From Parachlamydiales bacterium (GTDB taxonomy: Bacteria > Chlamydiota > Chlamydiia > Chlamydiales > SM23-39): a stretch of 64,000 nt of DNA. Shown here piece after piece: positions 27,733-38,005 of the stretch. How positions within the stretch are numbered: position 1 is the stretch's first letter; each line of letters opens with the position of its first letter. Under the pieces are notes generated by a model, which was given only the letters and a program-made list of their open reading frames with translations, was not told the origin of the DNA and did no database searches. Both the position numbers and the translations under genes were made by a program. The stretch lies in NCBI GenBank assembly GCA_016931275.1, contig JAFGFA010000007.1, positions 52,321 through 116,320 on the forward strand. The letters run 5' to 3'.

Positions 27733-28557
27733 TTAATAATTAAATTCATGAAAAGGAGGCTTTATAATCCTTTTCCCATGGCTTTTACATAAAAAGTCTA
27801 TTTTTTCTGTATCAGCCTTTTCAAGAGAAAAATCAAACACATCAAAATTTTCTTGAATATGGGTTTTAGATGTTCCCTTTGGAATAACGGCGATTCCTTT
27901 TTCGATGAGCCATCGTAGAGCGATCTGCCCGGGTGTTTTATAATATTTTTTGCCGATTTCGATCATTTGAGGATCTTTAAATACTCTCCCACGGGCTAAG
28001 GGAGAATAGGCGGTGATTAAAATATGATGTCGAGAACAAAAATCCAAAAGATCTTTTTGATAAAGATAAGGATGAAATTCTACCTGATTCACAGAAACCA
28101 TCATTCCTTGATCTAAAATATCTTGAAGATGATGAATGGTACAATTCGAGACTCCTATACTGCGAATTTTCTTTTTTTCTTTGAGGATTTGCATTTTTTC
28201 TAAAATTTTTTTCCAACATTTTGTCTTATCGGGCCAATGAACAAGTAAAAGATCAATATATTCTGTATTTAATTGCTGTAGAGCTTCATCACATGCGGTT
28301 TCTACTGAACCGAGATCTAATTGATCCAGCCATAATTTCGTAGTGATAAACAGCTCATTTCGTTTGATGTTCTTGATTCCTTCTGCTACCTGGAGATGAT
28401 TGTGATAAATACAGGCTGTGTCAATGTGACGGTAGCCGAGTTCTATTGCCCTGGATACAGCTTCAGTACACGTCTTGCCTTCTAAAAGCCATGTTCCAAA
28501 CCCTAAAAGAGGTATCTCAATTCCATTATTTAATGTTGTCGCTATTTTCAACATCAA
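27733..28557 (-). CDS. aldo/keto reductase (2,5-diketo-D-gluconate reductase-like)
   Basis: LGFGTW...GYRHIDTACIYHN...LLVHWP...IGVSN...IPKG match canonical AKR motifs; 274 aa. Confidence 0.9.
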   Translation of the reverse strand: MMLKIATTLNNGIEIPLLGFGTWLLEGKTCTEAVSRAIELGYRHIDTACIYHNHLQVAEGIKNIKRNELFITTKLWLDQLDLGSVETACDEALQQLNTEYIDLLLVHWPDKTKCWKKILEKMQILKEKKKIRSIGVSNCTIHHLQDILDQGMMVSVNQVEFHPYLYQKDLLDFCSRHHILITAYSPLARGRVFKDPQMIEIGKKYYKTPGQIALRWLIEKGIAVIPKGTSKTHIQENFDVFDFSLEKADTEKIDFLCKSHGKRIIKPPFHEFNY

Positions 28558-28607
28558 CCCTCACAAAAATATTTATAGAGAAAATTATAGTAAAAAACGT
28601 TTTTAAG

Positions 28608-29702
28608 CTATAATTTTACCGTCTTATTTTTTAAAAGACCGTCGACTATTACTAATGCCCCCATGGCTTCCACTACAGATACTGCACGTATAGCAACACA
28701 AGGATCGCATCGCATCGTATCCGGCATCGTAAATTCTACTGGATTTTTATCCATATCAAGAGTTTTCTGGGGTTTTTTAATACTTGAAGCAGGCTTAAAA
28801 GCAACGCGCACTATTAGAGGCATGCCAGTGCTGATCCCTCCGAGGGTACCCCCGGAAAAATTGGTTCTCGTCACAATCTTTTGGTCTGGATTTGTTGCAA
28901 AAGAATCGTTATGCTGAGATCCTTTCATTATAACTGCTTGAAATCCCGATCCCAATTCAAATCCCTGAGCCGCCGGTATGGACATCATCGCCTTTGCTAA
29001 ATTAGCTTCCAGGCTTTCATAGACAGGATCTCCTATACCCGATGGCAACGGTCCTATAACTAATTCGACGATTCCTCCTACAGAATCTCCTTCTTGAGTT
29101 ATTTCTTCAATTCTTTCCATCATTTTTTCAGACTTTGCGATATCAGGACATAATACAGGACTTTTCTGTACGCATTGTCTTAAAAGACTTATCTCAGAAA
29201 TATTCGCATTTGCCCGAATATGTTCGATTTGCTTCAGATAAGCAATAAGATCAATGTTATGATAACGCAAGATTTTTTTGGCAACGGCTCCCGCAGCAAC
29301 CCGACAGGCAGTCTCTCTTGCCGACGCTCTTCCGGCTCCTCTGTAATCAAAAATTCCGTATTTTTCTAAGTACGTAAATGAAGCATGCCCGGGGCGTAAT
29401 AAATTCTTGGTCGATTCATATGTATGGGAATTAGCATCCTGATTGAAAATGATGATGGAAATAGGAGCCCCTGTCGTCAGTCCTTCAAAAAGTCCCGATA
29501 AAATTTCTACCTTATCGGATTCATTGCGCGATGAAACATACTGATTTCTTTTAGGCCTGCGCCAAAAAAGTTCTTGCTGGATTTCCTCTTCGGATAAAGG
29601 AAGTCCTGCAGGACATCCATCAATAACGACACCTATTGCCTTTCCATGCGATTCTCCCCATGTCGTTATTCTAAAAATATCACCAAAAAAATTAGAGGCC
29701 AT
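28608..29702 (-). CDS. aroC: chorismate synthase
   Basis: FGDIFRITTWGESHGKAIGVVIDGCPAG and RPGHASFTY...GRASARET are AroC signatures. Confidence 0.95.
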   Translation of the reverse strand: MASNFFGDIFRITTWGESHGKAIGVVIDGCPAGLPLSEEEIQQELFWRRPKRNQYVSSRNESDKVEILSGLFEGLTTGAPISIIIFNQDANSHTYESTKNLLRPGHASFTYLEKYGIFDYRGAGRASARETACRVAAGAVAKKILRYHNIDLIAYLKQIEHIRANANISEISLLRQCVQKSPVLCPDIAKSEKMMERIEEITQEGDSVGGIVELVIGPLPSGIGDPVYESLEANLAKAMMSIPAAQGFELGSGFQAVIMKGSQHNDSFATNPDQKIVTRTNFSGGTLGGISTGMPLIVRVAFKPASSIKKPQKTLDMDKNPVEFTMPDTMRCDPCVAIRAVSVVEAMGALVIVDGLLKNKTVKL

Positions 29703-30219
29703 AAAAGATCTCCTTGCACCGGTTTATGATCTTTTCTTCATTAAGTTCTGAAAGGAACAGAACCTGAGAAGGAATATTTTCATACACGGGAAGTCTGCGC
29801 TTGTAATATAGGTCAAAGTCTCGAATAGGATCAACGGAAGAAAAAAATGCCCGTACAGGTCCTGCAAGAAGACGCTTTTTTAATACCGCCTTTTCCTCTT
29901 TGAGATAAATCATCGTGCCGATTTGATGGAGAATCTTGAGATTTTCAGCATCAAGGACAGCTCCTCCGCCTAATGCAATGATACAATTTGTTTTCTTTAC
30001 TAAAGAGCGTATCACCCGATGTTCTAGATCACGAAAAGTTTCTTCCCCTTTTTCTTTGTAAATCTCACTACAGGTGCATTTCTTGGAATATTGATCCAAA
30101 AATAAAGATTCTAGCAATGCATCGGTATCTATAAAAGTAAGCTGTAATGCCTTAGCTAAGCGTTTTCCCCAATAAGTCTTACCACTAGCAGCAAGTCCGA
30201 ATAAAATTAAATTACTCAT
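29692..30219 (-). CDS. aroK: shikimate kinase
   Basis: Walker A LFGLAASGKT, DTD motif and GGGAV motif. Start at ATG 30219 overlaps the aroA stop (ATGAGTAA). Confidence 0.85.
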   Translation of the reverse strand: MSNLILFGLAASGKTYWGKRLAKALQLTFIDTDALLESLFLDQYSKKCTCSEIYKEKGEETFRDLEHRVIRSLVKKTNCIIALGGGAVLDAENLKILHQIGTMIYLKEEKAVLKKRLLAGPVRAFFSSVDPIRDFDLYYKRRLPVYENIPSQVLFLSELNEEKIINRCKEIFYGL

Positions 30220-31501
30220 TGAGGAGCTCCATTTGAGCACCAATTTTTTGAAAATCCTCCACAAACGTCTTATAACTTTTCGAAATGCATTCTATATTCT
30301 GAATAACCGTATTTCCTTTGGCTCCAAGAGCCGCTATCGCTAAGGCCATCGCAATACGATGATCCTTGTGAGAATCTACTTTAACCCCGTGCAAATGCGA
30401 GGGAAAAACCAAAAGACCGTCACGATGCTCTTCAAGATGAGCGCCCATTTTCCGCAATTCTGTGGCTATCGTATGGATCCTATCGGATTCTTTTTTTCGG
30501 GCAATAGCCCCATTAACAATATGAATAGGCTTTTTTGCAAAACACCCTAAAACGGCGAGGATAGGCAACGCATCAATAATATCATTAATATCTATTGTTA
30601 TTCCTCCCTCTAAATCTCCTCCTACTATCGTTAGAGTTTTTTCCGATTGATTTGCCTTATAAGAAGCATTCATTTTCTGTAGAAGATCTAGAATTTTTTT
30701 ATCTCCCTGTATGTCATCAAAATCCAGGTTTTCCAGGGTTATGGTCGAGCCGGTCACTAAAGCTGCAGCGATTGGAAAGGCTGCTGAACTAAAATCTCCA
30801 GGAATCTTCATAGAAAAACCGGGATAATGCAAAGGCCCTTCTATTTTATAAAATGTGTAATTGTCATGGGTAATTTTTCCCCCGAATTTTTTTAGCCAAA
30901 AAAGAGTAAGGTCAATCCATGGTTTTTCCCCGGGATTCTCTACTTTTAAAGTCGTTATTCCCTCTAGGAAAGAGCATGCTATCAAAAGTCCAGATACCGG
31001 CTGAGAGTCTTCCCCTCTTATCGTCGCGGATCCGGGAACTATAGGTCCTTTAATAATAATCGGGGCTTTATCATCCCCATAGCATGACGTTGCAAACGCC
31101 AGAAGTTGTGTAAGACCGGACAATAAGGGTTGAACAGGTCTATTATAACACAATGAATGATCACCGGTAATAACTGTATACGTAGGTAATAAAGCGGCTA
31201 AACTACCGATAAAACGCAACACCTGCCCCGAATTTTTGGCATGGATCACCTCTTTAGTAGGTTGTAATTGTCCATTCATACCATGTATTACTAAGGATTG
31301 TTCGACAATTTCTATCGTAATTCCCAACAAACGAAAAGCCTCAACCATTGCTAGAACATCAGGAGATTGAAGGTAATTATCAATCGTTGTTCGTCCTTCT
31401 CCCATACATCCAAAAATAATAGCTCGCATTGTATGAGACTTGGAAGGAGGGATCATAAGAGAGCCTTTCAAACAAGAAGGACTGACTTTTAAGCAAACCA
31501 T
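30212..31501 (-). CDS. aroA: 3-phosphoshikimate 1-carboxyvinyltransferase (EPSP synthase)
   Basis: PPSKSHTMRA (P-x-SKS-x-x-R), NSGQVLRF and DHRIAMALAIAAL motifs. Start chosen at ATG 31501. Confidence 0.92.
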   Translation of the reverse strand: MVCLKVSPSCLKGSLMIPPSKSHTMRAIIFGCMGEGRTTIDNYLQSPDVLAMVEAFRLLGITIEIVEQSLVIHGMNGQLQPTKEVIHAKNSGQVLRFIGSLAALLPTYTVITGDHSLCYNRPVQPLLSGLTQLLAFATSCYGDDKAPIIIKGPIVPGSATIRGEDSQPVSGLLIACSFLEGITTLKVENPGEKPWIDLTLFWLKKFGGKITHDNYTFYKIEGPLHYPGFSMKIPGDFSSAAFPIAAALVTGSTITLENLDFDDIQGDKKILDLLQKMNASYKANQSEKTLTIVGGDLEGGITIDINDIIDALPILAVLGCFAKKPIHIVNGAIARKKESDRIHTIATELRKMGAHLEEHRDGLLVFPSHLHGVKVDSHKDHRIAMALAIAALGAKGNTVIQNIECISKSYKTFVEDFQKIGAQMELLNE

Positions 31502-32577
31502 TGCAAAGCCTCCTTCAACATAGGAAAATCCATAGGGGCGCAATAAGAGCCGTCAAAAGGGCTTACCTTCCCAAGGTCCTCTAAAACGACAAAGCGAGGC
31601 ATAGAGCTGCTTGCTTTTTTATCGAGTTTCATGATTCGAAAAAATTCCTCCTTCGACAATTTTTGGGGCAGGGATAAAGAAAATCCATAGTCTTCTAAAA
31701 GGGCCTTAATCGCGAAAAGCTCTTCTTCTCGGAGATAATTCATTTGACAACTACAATGCGCCTCTAGAAGCATTCCGATGGCAATAGCCTGACCATGAGA
31801 AATTTGATAGTTGCTCAAAGTCTCTATAGCATGCCCGATAGTATGCCCAAAATTAAGAATACGCCTTATACCCTTTTCAAAAGGATCTTTCTCTACGATC
31901 TCTTTTTTAATTCTATAACTTGGTTCAATAAGCTCATACAAAGAAACATGCTCTTCCAATTTCTTCAACAAATCCTTCGAGAAGACAAGAGCATATTTGA
32001 CAATTTCCGCAATGCCATTGAGTATTTCAAGAGGAGAAAGAGAAAGTAAAAAATCGGGATCTATTATCATCATACAAGGATGATAAAAAACTCCGATAGA
32101 ATTTTTGCTCCAGGGTGTATTAACTCCTACCTTTCCTCCAATGCAAGCATCGACCTGGGCTAATAAAGTCGTCGGAATGGACACAAAAGGAACTCCTCGA
32201 CAATAGGTTGAAGCGACAAATCCTGCCAGATCCCCTACTACACCGCCTCCCAAGGAAATAATGCATATATCACGTCCTAAAGCGGCTTGCAGCATTTGAT
32301 TTTCTATATGTTCTTTCCATTTTCTTGTCTTACTACTTTCTCCTACAGGGAATGTAAAACAATAAACGTTAAAGCCACATTTTTCTAAATCTTTTTTCAG
32401 CGATACTCCATAAAGCTTTTCGACATGATCATCGGTAATGATAACGACGCAATCAGCAATCGAATGCAAAGTTTCTCTCCAAAGACTAGTTTGAAATACC
32501 CCCTTTTCCATGAAAATATTGTTATTCATGGCCTCTAGAGGACAACTATTATAAAATGGGTACTCTCTACCAAACAT
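31489..32577 (-). CDS. aroB: 3-dehydroquinate synthase
   Basis: GGGVVGDLAGFVASTY, ACIGGKVGVN and NFGHTIGHAIE motifs. The exact start is uncertain, with three in-frame Met within the first 23 codons. Confidence 0.9.
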   Translation of the reverse strand: MFGREYPFYNSCPLEAMNNNIFMEKGVFQTSLWRETLHSIADCVVIITDDHVEKLYGVSLKKDLEKCGFNVYCFTFPVGESSKTRKWKEHIENQMLQAALGRDICIISLGGGVVGDLAGFVASTYCRGVPFVSIPTTLLAQVDACIGGKVGVNTPWSKNSIGVFYHPCMMIIDPDFLLSLSPLEILNGIAEIVKYALVFSKDLLKKLEEHVSLYELIEPSYRIKKEIVEKDPFEKGIRRILNFGHTIGHAIETLSNYQISHGQAIAIGMLLEAHCSCQMNYLREEELFAIKALLEDYGFSLSLPQKLSKEEFFRIMKLDKKASSSMPRFVVLEDLGKVSPFDGSYCAPMDFPMLKEALQWFA

Positions 32578-32769
32578 TTATTTAAGATTTTTATATTAAG
32601 ATCGTTTCATTATAACGAATAGATTGGTTTTATTCAGAGATAAAAAAGAGATAAAAGCTAAAAAACATAATATGTAAAGAGCTAAGAGACTTTCTCTGAA
32701 TTAACATATCTTATCAATCCAAAGATGAACTCAAATTTTACAGAAAAATTGTTGCTTAATCAGATATTT

Positions 32770-34962
32770 TTACAATTCTGTCACTTGCTTAATATTTAAT
32801 AAAACAGCAGGTCCTTCATTTCCTTGTATAACAGCTGTAAAATTGTCTGTTGTTCCGGTGCTATTACGTAAATAGGTGTAAGTACTCGTGGCACCAGTTT
32901 GAAAAAAATTATCTATGAGTCTCATGCGAATAGTTCCGTTTTGGAGATTTGTATAAAATCCTGAACCACCATTATAATTGAGTTGATTGCCAATAACATC
33001 ATAGTTTAAATTTTCGGCGATTTCTGTTTGACCTACATTAACATAGATACAACTACTAACTGAATTATCAATAACATTTCGGCTAATATTTAAGTACCCC
33101 GCAGCACGAGAAGTAAAAACGATTCCTTCAGAAGCATTAGCAGCAATGATATTATCAAGGATTTCTAAATTCAGATCTAAAGAGCTTCCAGAAGCTATTG
33201 TATGGTTAAAAAATATTCCATCAGCTCCATTACCTGTAATCTCGTTCTGACTAATTTTACCTGTTACCCTAAATAATCCAACAGAAGTGTCATCAGGTCG
33301 AGAAATATGTATTCCCTCGCTGGGATTACCTATAATGTCGTTGCGAGTAATTAAAAGATCTATGCTAGCAGTTCCATTAATAGGAGTCCCATCTGCTTGA
33401 CCAATGAAAATTCCATCATTCCCTGAAGCAGAACCTGTAATAATATTATCACTGATCTCAAAAGTTTTTTCGATTTGCACATCGGATGCCAAAAGCAACA
33501 TAATTCCTGCATCACTCCCTGCTCCCGATCCATTATCTAATATTAGATTTTTTTGGATGCGTGATCCTATTTGTACTCCTGAACCATAAACACCGCTCCC
33601 ACTAGAAGACCCAATAGCAATACCTCGTACCGTGTTGTCGTTAGCTAAAGTAATGCCAGGATTAGACAAAGTGGTACTTAATATCATTGGATAATTTCCC
33701 GGAGTCATTGCAGGAATAGTAATTGTGCCTATAGTTGTATTGATAGGATGCTCTATGCTAGAGCCAAAAAGGTTTTGACGATCTTTTAAAGTAATTCCAT
33801 TGCTCATTCCTGAAGAAGTACCATTGCCATAATTTACAAAAATAGTATCACCAGCTTGTGCAATTGATTGTGCTTCAACAAGTGTAGGAAAGGGAGATTC
33901 ATAAGTACCATTACCCGATTTTGCGGTGTTATTTACATGATAAAAAGTTATCGGCTCACCAGGATTTGGACTCAAAGCAATTGTTGATCCTTTCTGATTA
34001 GAAAGGACAATAATATCATAACGTTTTACTGGTTGCTCCATTCTCTTAGTTATAGCATGAAAACGTTTACAAGAATATTTTGTCTTTCTCTTTTTTTCTT
34101 TGCAAAAACCATATCGTAAAGATATTTCTCCTTGGACATTACAATGAAAGACTTTGTCATAAGTTATGCTGCCTCCGACAAATAGCCACTGAAATAGAGA
34201 CGCATTAAGGCCAACTTTTCCTCCCAAAGCACTCTTTCCAAAATCTCCTTTAAAATAATAGGATCCTATTTCCGTTTTTACCTGAGCATTTTTTCTATCA
34301 AAAATTATTGCTTCCGCTTCTGCATCCAAGCCTGTCATAGCTATTTTACTATGTTTAGTTAGATATAAATTATTCCCAGCAAAATTATCAAAGGAATATC
34401 CAACTATTTTTTCTTTCTTGCCAACAGGAAAATATCCATTTATTCTTCCACTTATCACTTTTCCTAAAAATTCTAATCCCATCCCAAATTGATGGAAATT
34501 ATGATTTAAATCTCTTCGATAATCATAAAAGCCATTGATTCCCAAGACCAGATATTTTTCCAAAACTTTTTTTCTTAACCCAACGCCTATATTAGCAGCA
34601 AGTTTTCCATCATTAAATATATGTCCACGACATTCCAAAAAGCGAAGGGATTCCTCTTCATTAAATTTTGATAAAAAAAGACCAAGCGTCGAATAGCCTT
34701 TCTGATATCCTACCCCTTCACCAGCAATATGATCCAAAAAAAATTGCGCAGGATACCTTTTGGTATCGCAAGTATTTAATTCTTCTGCTTTTATAGTTTT
34801 AGTTGTATTAAATGATATTTCTTTAGTTTCGACAGAAGGAATAACTTTTTCTTCAATAACTCTAGAAGCTATGCAGGAATTGTATGATTTAATTTTCCCT
34901 TCATGTACTTTGTCAAACAAGAATAATGTTCCAAAAACTGAAAACATCAATTGTTTTAACAC
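32770..34962 (-). CDS. inverse-autotransporter-like outer-membrane protein with parallel beta-helix passenger
   Basis: The N-terminal third matches the intimin/invasin beta-barrel pattern (NIGVGLRKK..LGINGFYDYRRD...FGMGLEFLG...GRINGYFPVG...GEISLRYGF). The C-terminal 400 aa contain GTYESPFPTLVEAQSIAQAGDTIFV and repeated N-x-I-x-G-N/GI-x-F turns, typical of PbH1/pectin-lyase-fold repeats. Confidence 0.65.
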   Translation of the reverse strand: MLKQLMFSVFGTLFLFDKVHEGKIKSYNSCIASRVIEEKVIPSVETKEISFNTTKTIKAEELNTCDTKRYPAQFFLDHIAGEGVGYQKGYSTLGLFLSKFNEEESLRFLECRGHIFNDGKLAANIGVGLRKKVLEKYLVLGINGFYDYRRDLNHNFHQFGMGLEFLGKVISGRINGYFPVGKKEKIVGYSFDNFAGNNLYLTKHSKIAMTGLDAEAEAIIFDRKNAQVKTEIGSYYFKGDFGKSALGGKVGLNASLFQWLFVGGSITYDKVFHCNVQGEISLRYGFCKEKKRKTKYSCKRFHAITKRMEQPVKRYDIIVLSNQKGSTIALSPNPGEPITFYHVNNTAKSGNGTYESPFPTLVEAQSIAQAGDTIFVNYGNGTSSGMSNGITLKDRQNLFGSSIEHPINTTIGTITIPAMTPGNYPMILSTTLSNPGITLANDNTVRGIAIGSSSGSGVYGSGVQIGSRIQKNLILDNGSGAGSDAGIMLLLASDVQIEKTFEISDNIITGSASGNDGIFIGQADGTPINGTASIDLLITRNDIIGNPSEGIHISRPDDTSVGLFRVTGKISQNEITGNGADGIFFNHTIASGSSLDLNLEILDNIIAANASEGIVFTSRAAGYLNISRNVIDNSVSSCIYVNVGQTEIAENLNYDVIGNQLNYNGGSGFYTNLQNGTIRMRLIDNFFQTGATSTYTYLRNSTGTTDNFTAVIQGNEGPAVLLNIKQVTEL

Positions 34963-35190
34963 ATTCTTACCTATAATATTATTTATTTACACATAATATT
35001 ACTAATAAACAATTCTTGTTTTTTGTTGCATCAAAAATATTGTGTTGTACAAGTTTTCTTTAAAAATGGATTTTTTTTCTATATTAAAGCTTTATCTTGA
35101 AAAACAGGGAGACTGAAGATCTCTGCTCATTTGATTAAAAATCTAGGATTTAATAATAAATTCCATTTTTTAGAAGAAAACAATCGATTT

Positions 35191-36420
35191 TTATCTTACG
35201 GCCGATTTTCCGGCTATCCATCCTGTTGTCCAAGCATTTTGAAAATTAAAACCTCCTGTTATCCCATCAATATCGATCATTTCTCCACAAAAGAAAAGAT
35301 GAGGGCATTTCATGCTTTCCATAGAGGAAGTAATTTCTGAGCGTCTAACACCTCCGCAAGTAACAAATTCTGCCTTATGGTGACTTTTGCCGGTCATCGA
35401 ATACCTATCGTTTTTCAAAACATCAGACAACTTTAAAAAATCTCTCGAAAACATCTTGCCTAATGGAGTATCCGGACTCATGCTTGATTTTTCACACAAA
35501 CAACGCCATAAACTATTGGACAACGGAACAATCCGAGCTGTTCCTAGATGTTTTTTAGGATGATATTTTTTAAGTCTTTCCATTCCTTGATGCAATCGTT
35601 CTTTGGATAAGGAAGGCACCCAGTCTATTATCAATTCCGCCTTATATCGATGTTCCCCAAAATATCTGGCCGCCAATGAGGATAAGGTTAAAACTACAGG
35701 ACCGCTTACTCCCCAATGAGTCACTAACAAAGGACCGGAAGCGCTGAGGGAAGTGTTTCTAATACAAAGAGCCACCTTGTCTATGCTAATACCGGCAAGA
35801 TTTTTCTCTAGAAAAAAGGGAACTTGAAAAGAAAAAAGGGAAGGGACAGGTTCTTCAATTGTATGTCCCAAACTTTTCACAATCTCCCATCCCTTTCGCG
35901 AGCTTCCCGTTGCTAAAATCAATCGATCTGCAACAAAAGAGGTCCGTTTACAATCCAGAACAAACCGGTCTTGAACTTTACGAACAGAAACAAGTTCGGT
36001 ATTTAATACAATCTCTACAGGACATTTTTTTGCTTCTTCCAAAAAACACCGCATGATGGTGTCTGAACTGTCCGTATTCGGGAACATCCGTCCATCTTTT
36101 TCTGTTTTTAAAAAAATTTTTCTCTCAGAAAACCATCGGACCATATCCAAAGGTTGAAACTGCTCAAAAAGAGGAATTAATTCTTTTCCCCCTCGAGGAT
36201 AGTTTTTTGCCAGCAAAACAGGATTAAAACATGCATGAGTGACATTACACCGTCCCCCACCCGATACTTTTACCTTTTGCAGAGGAGCTTCGGATTGTTC
36301 TAGAAGCACTACTTTTGCAGAAGGCTTTGCAGTTTTTGCAGCTAATGCTGCAAAAAAACCGGCAGGGCCCCCTCCAACAACGACAATTTTTCTAGAATAT
36401 TTTTTAGGGCTCATGTCCAT
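35191..36420 (-). CDS. HI0933/BaiN-family FAD-dependent flavoprotein
   Basis: IVVVGGGPAGFFAALAA dinucleotide fold, SGGGRCNVTH, and the C-terminal GEMIDIDGITGGFNFQ characteristic of this family. Confidence 0.85.
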   Translation of the reverse strand: MDMSPKKYSRKIVVVGGGPAGFFAALAAKTAKPSAKVVLLEQSEAPLQKVKVSGGGRCNVTHACFNPVLLAKNYPRGGKELIPLFEQFQPLDMVRWFSERKIFLKTEKDGRMFPNTDSSDTIMRCFLEEAKKCPVEIVLNTELVSVRKVQDRFVLDCKRTSFVADRLILATGSSRKGWEIVKSLGHTIEEPVPSLFSFQVPFFLEKNLAGISIDKVALCIRNTSLSASGPLLVTHWGVSGPVVLTLSSLAARYFGEHRYKAELIIDWVPSLSKERLHQGMERLKKYHPKKHLGTARIVPLSNSLWRCLCEKSSMSPDTPLGKMFSRDFLKLSDVLKNDRYSMTGKSHHKAEFVTCGGVRRSEITSSMESMKCPHLFFCGEMIDIDGITGGFNFQNAWTTGWIAGKSAVR

Positions 36421-36828
36421 GAGGATATCTCTACTAAAAAATTAAATATAAATGCGTAATAAATCGTTCATCAATACAAAACTTATCATCTGAAAAAAAA
36501 TTATGTCGACCCATGAATTTTTCTTTTTAATTTTATTAATTATCCAATTTAACAATATTTTTTCTTAAAAACAAACATATTCATAAAAATCATGAACAAA
36601 TATTTAATGTAATTGAATATCATTTTTAAAAAATGACCAATAACAAAATCCTCTAAAATTTGTAATTTTTCTTGAATACATTTTTTACAAAAAATCACGA
36701 ATTAATACAAAATATGTTTTATTAACGAAATTAAATTAAATTAATTTGTTTACAGAAAACTAAATTGATTTTAAGCTAACAATTAGCTATTCTATTAAGA
36801 ATTAATTCTTAATAGGAGATATATAACA

Positions 36829-37872
36829 ATGTCAATCCCTTCAGTTCAAAATCTTTCTCAACCCCTAATGAATCGGGAAGGCTTAGAAAGATTACCCTAC
36901 GAGGTAACCGTGATGATCCTAGGTTATCTCCCTTTCCAACACATGGAAACCGTTGCAAAAATTAATCCTTATTTGAAAAGAGTTACTCTAACGGCTTTTC
37001 AAGTTAAAGCTGTTGATTCTATAGAGTCCTGGATCGGATCTTTAATAAATAACCTCGATCCTGAAACAAATGCTAGGCAAATTACCGGGTTATCCCGTTT
37101 TCTTGAAATGAATGATCAAGGTACAAGAATAATGAATGCAACAAATCTATTTTCTGTAAAATCTTCTATTTCAGATTATAAAAGAGAAATCATCAAAATT
37201 TTAAAAAGTTTAAGTCCGGAAGAGTTAGACCTTTTAGAAAGAGAAAACAGATGGTTCCCGGAATTCTTTGAAAAAATTTTTAAGGCTGTAAGGCTCTATC
37301 AAAAGAGAGATGAGATCGTCCAGAATCTGCCTCCAGAAGAACAAGGTCAGGCTTTGGCTGATATTGCGGATGGTTTAGCTGAACTTGGAGAGATTGATGA
37401 AGCGGTTGAGATTTTCAATACTATTACTGATTCTTCTTCCCAAGATTATGCTTTGGCTGGAATTTCTTATGGTTTGGCAAAACTAGGAGAAATTGAACAT
37501 GCCCTTCATGTTGTCAAAACTATCGAGAAGCCTATAGTACTAGATTGGGCTTTGGGATATATTTCTAGGGAATTAATGAAGCAAGACAATATCGACCGAG
37601 CTCATGAGATTGCATGCACTATCGACAATTCACAAGAACGAGATGTTGTTTTAAGAGAAATCGCTCTAGCTTTCATGAACTGTGGACAAACCACAAGAGC
37701 CTTTGAAATTGCCAGGACTATTCATGATTCAGAAGAACAAGACTTGGCTTTATCCGCTATTTTTACTAAAGAATTAAAACAAGGCTATACGAAACAGGCT
37801 TATGAGATTGCTTGCTATATTAACCGTCCTGAAACGCGAGATTGGGCTTTACGCCAGATTCTCTTCATCTAA
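36829..37872 (+). CDS. F-box protein with C-terminal degenerate helical (TPR/HEAT-like) repeats
   Basis: F-box LERLPYEVTVMILGYLPFQHMETVAKINPYLKRV at residues about 19-52. Five or six tandem units of about 34-36 aa follow (..ALADIADGLAELGEIDEAVEIFNTI..; ..ALAGISYGLAKLGEIEHALHVVKTI..; ..VLREIALAFMNCGQTTRAFEIARTI..). GGAGAT lies upstream of the ATG. Confidence 0.75.
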   Translation: MSIPSVQNLSQPLMNREGLERLPYEVTVMILGYLPFQHMETVAKINPYLKRVTLTAFQVKAVDSIESWIGSLINNLDPETNARQITGLSRFLEMNDQGTRIMNATNLFSVKSSISDYKREIIKILKSLSPEELDLLERENRWFPEFFEKIFKAVRLYQKRDEIVQNLPPEEQGQALADIADGLAELGEIDEAVEIFNTITDSSSQDYALAGISYGLAKLGEIEHALHVVKTIEKPIVLDWALGYISRELMKQDNIDRAHEIACTIDNSQERDVVLREIALAFMNCGQTTRAFEIARTIHDSEEQDLALSAIFTKELKQGYTKQAYEIACYINRPETRDWALRQILFI

Positions 37873-38005
37873 TCTAATGGAATCTAAGAGAGACCGCTTG
37901 CGAAGAAGCATTACATTTTTTTATATCTATTCAACAGCAATAACTATTGGAAAGCTAAGATCCAAAATCTTATACTGTAGGAACTAAAATTCTACCTTCA
38001 AAAAA

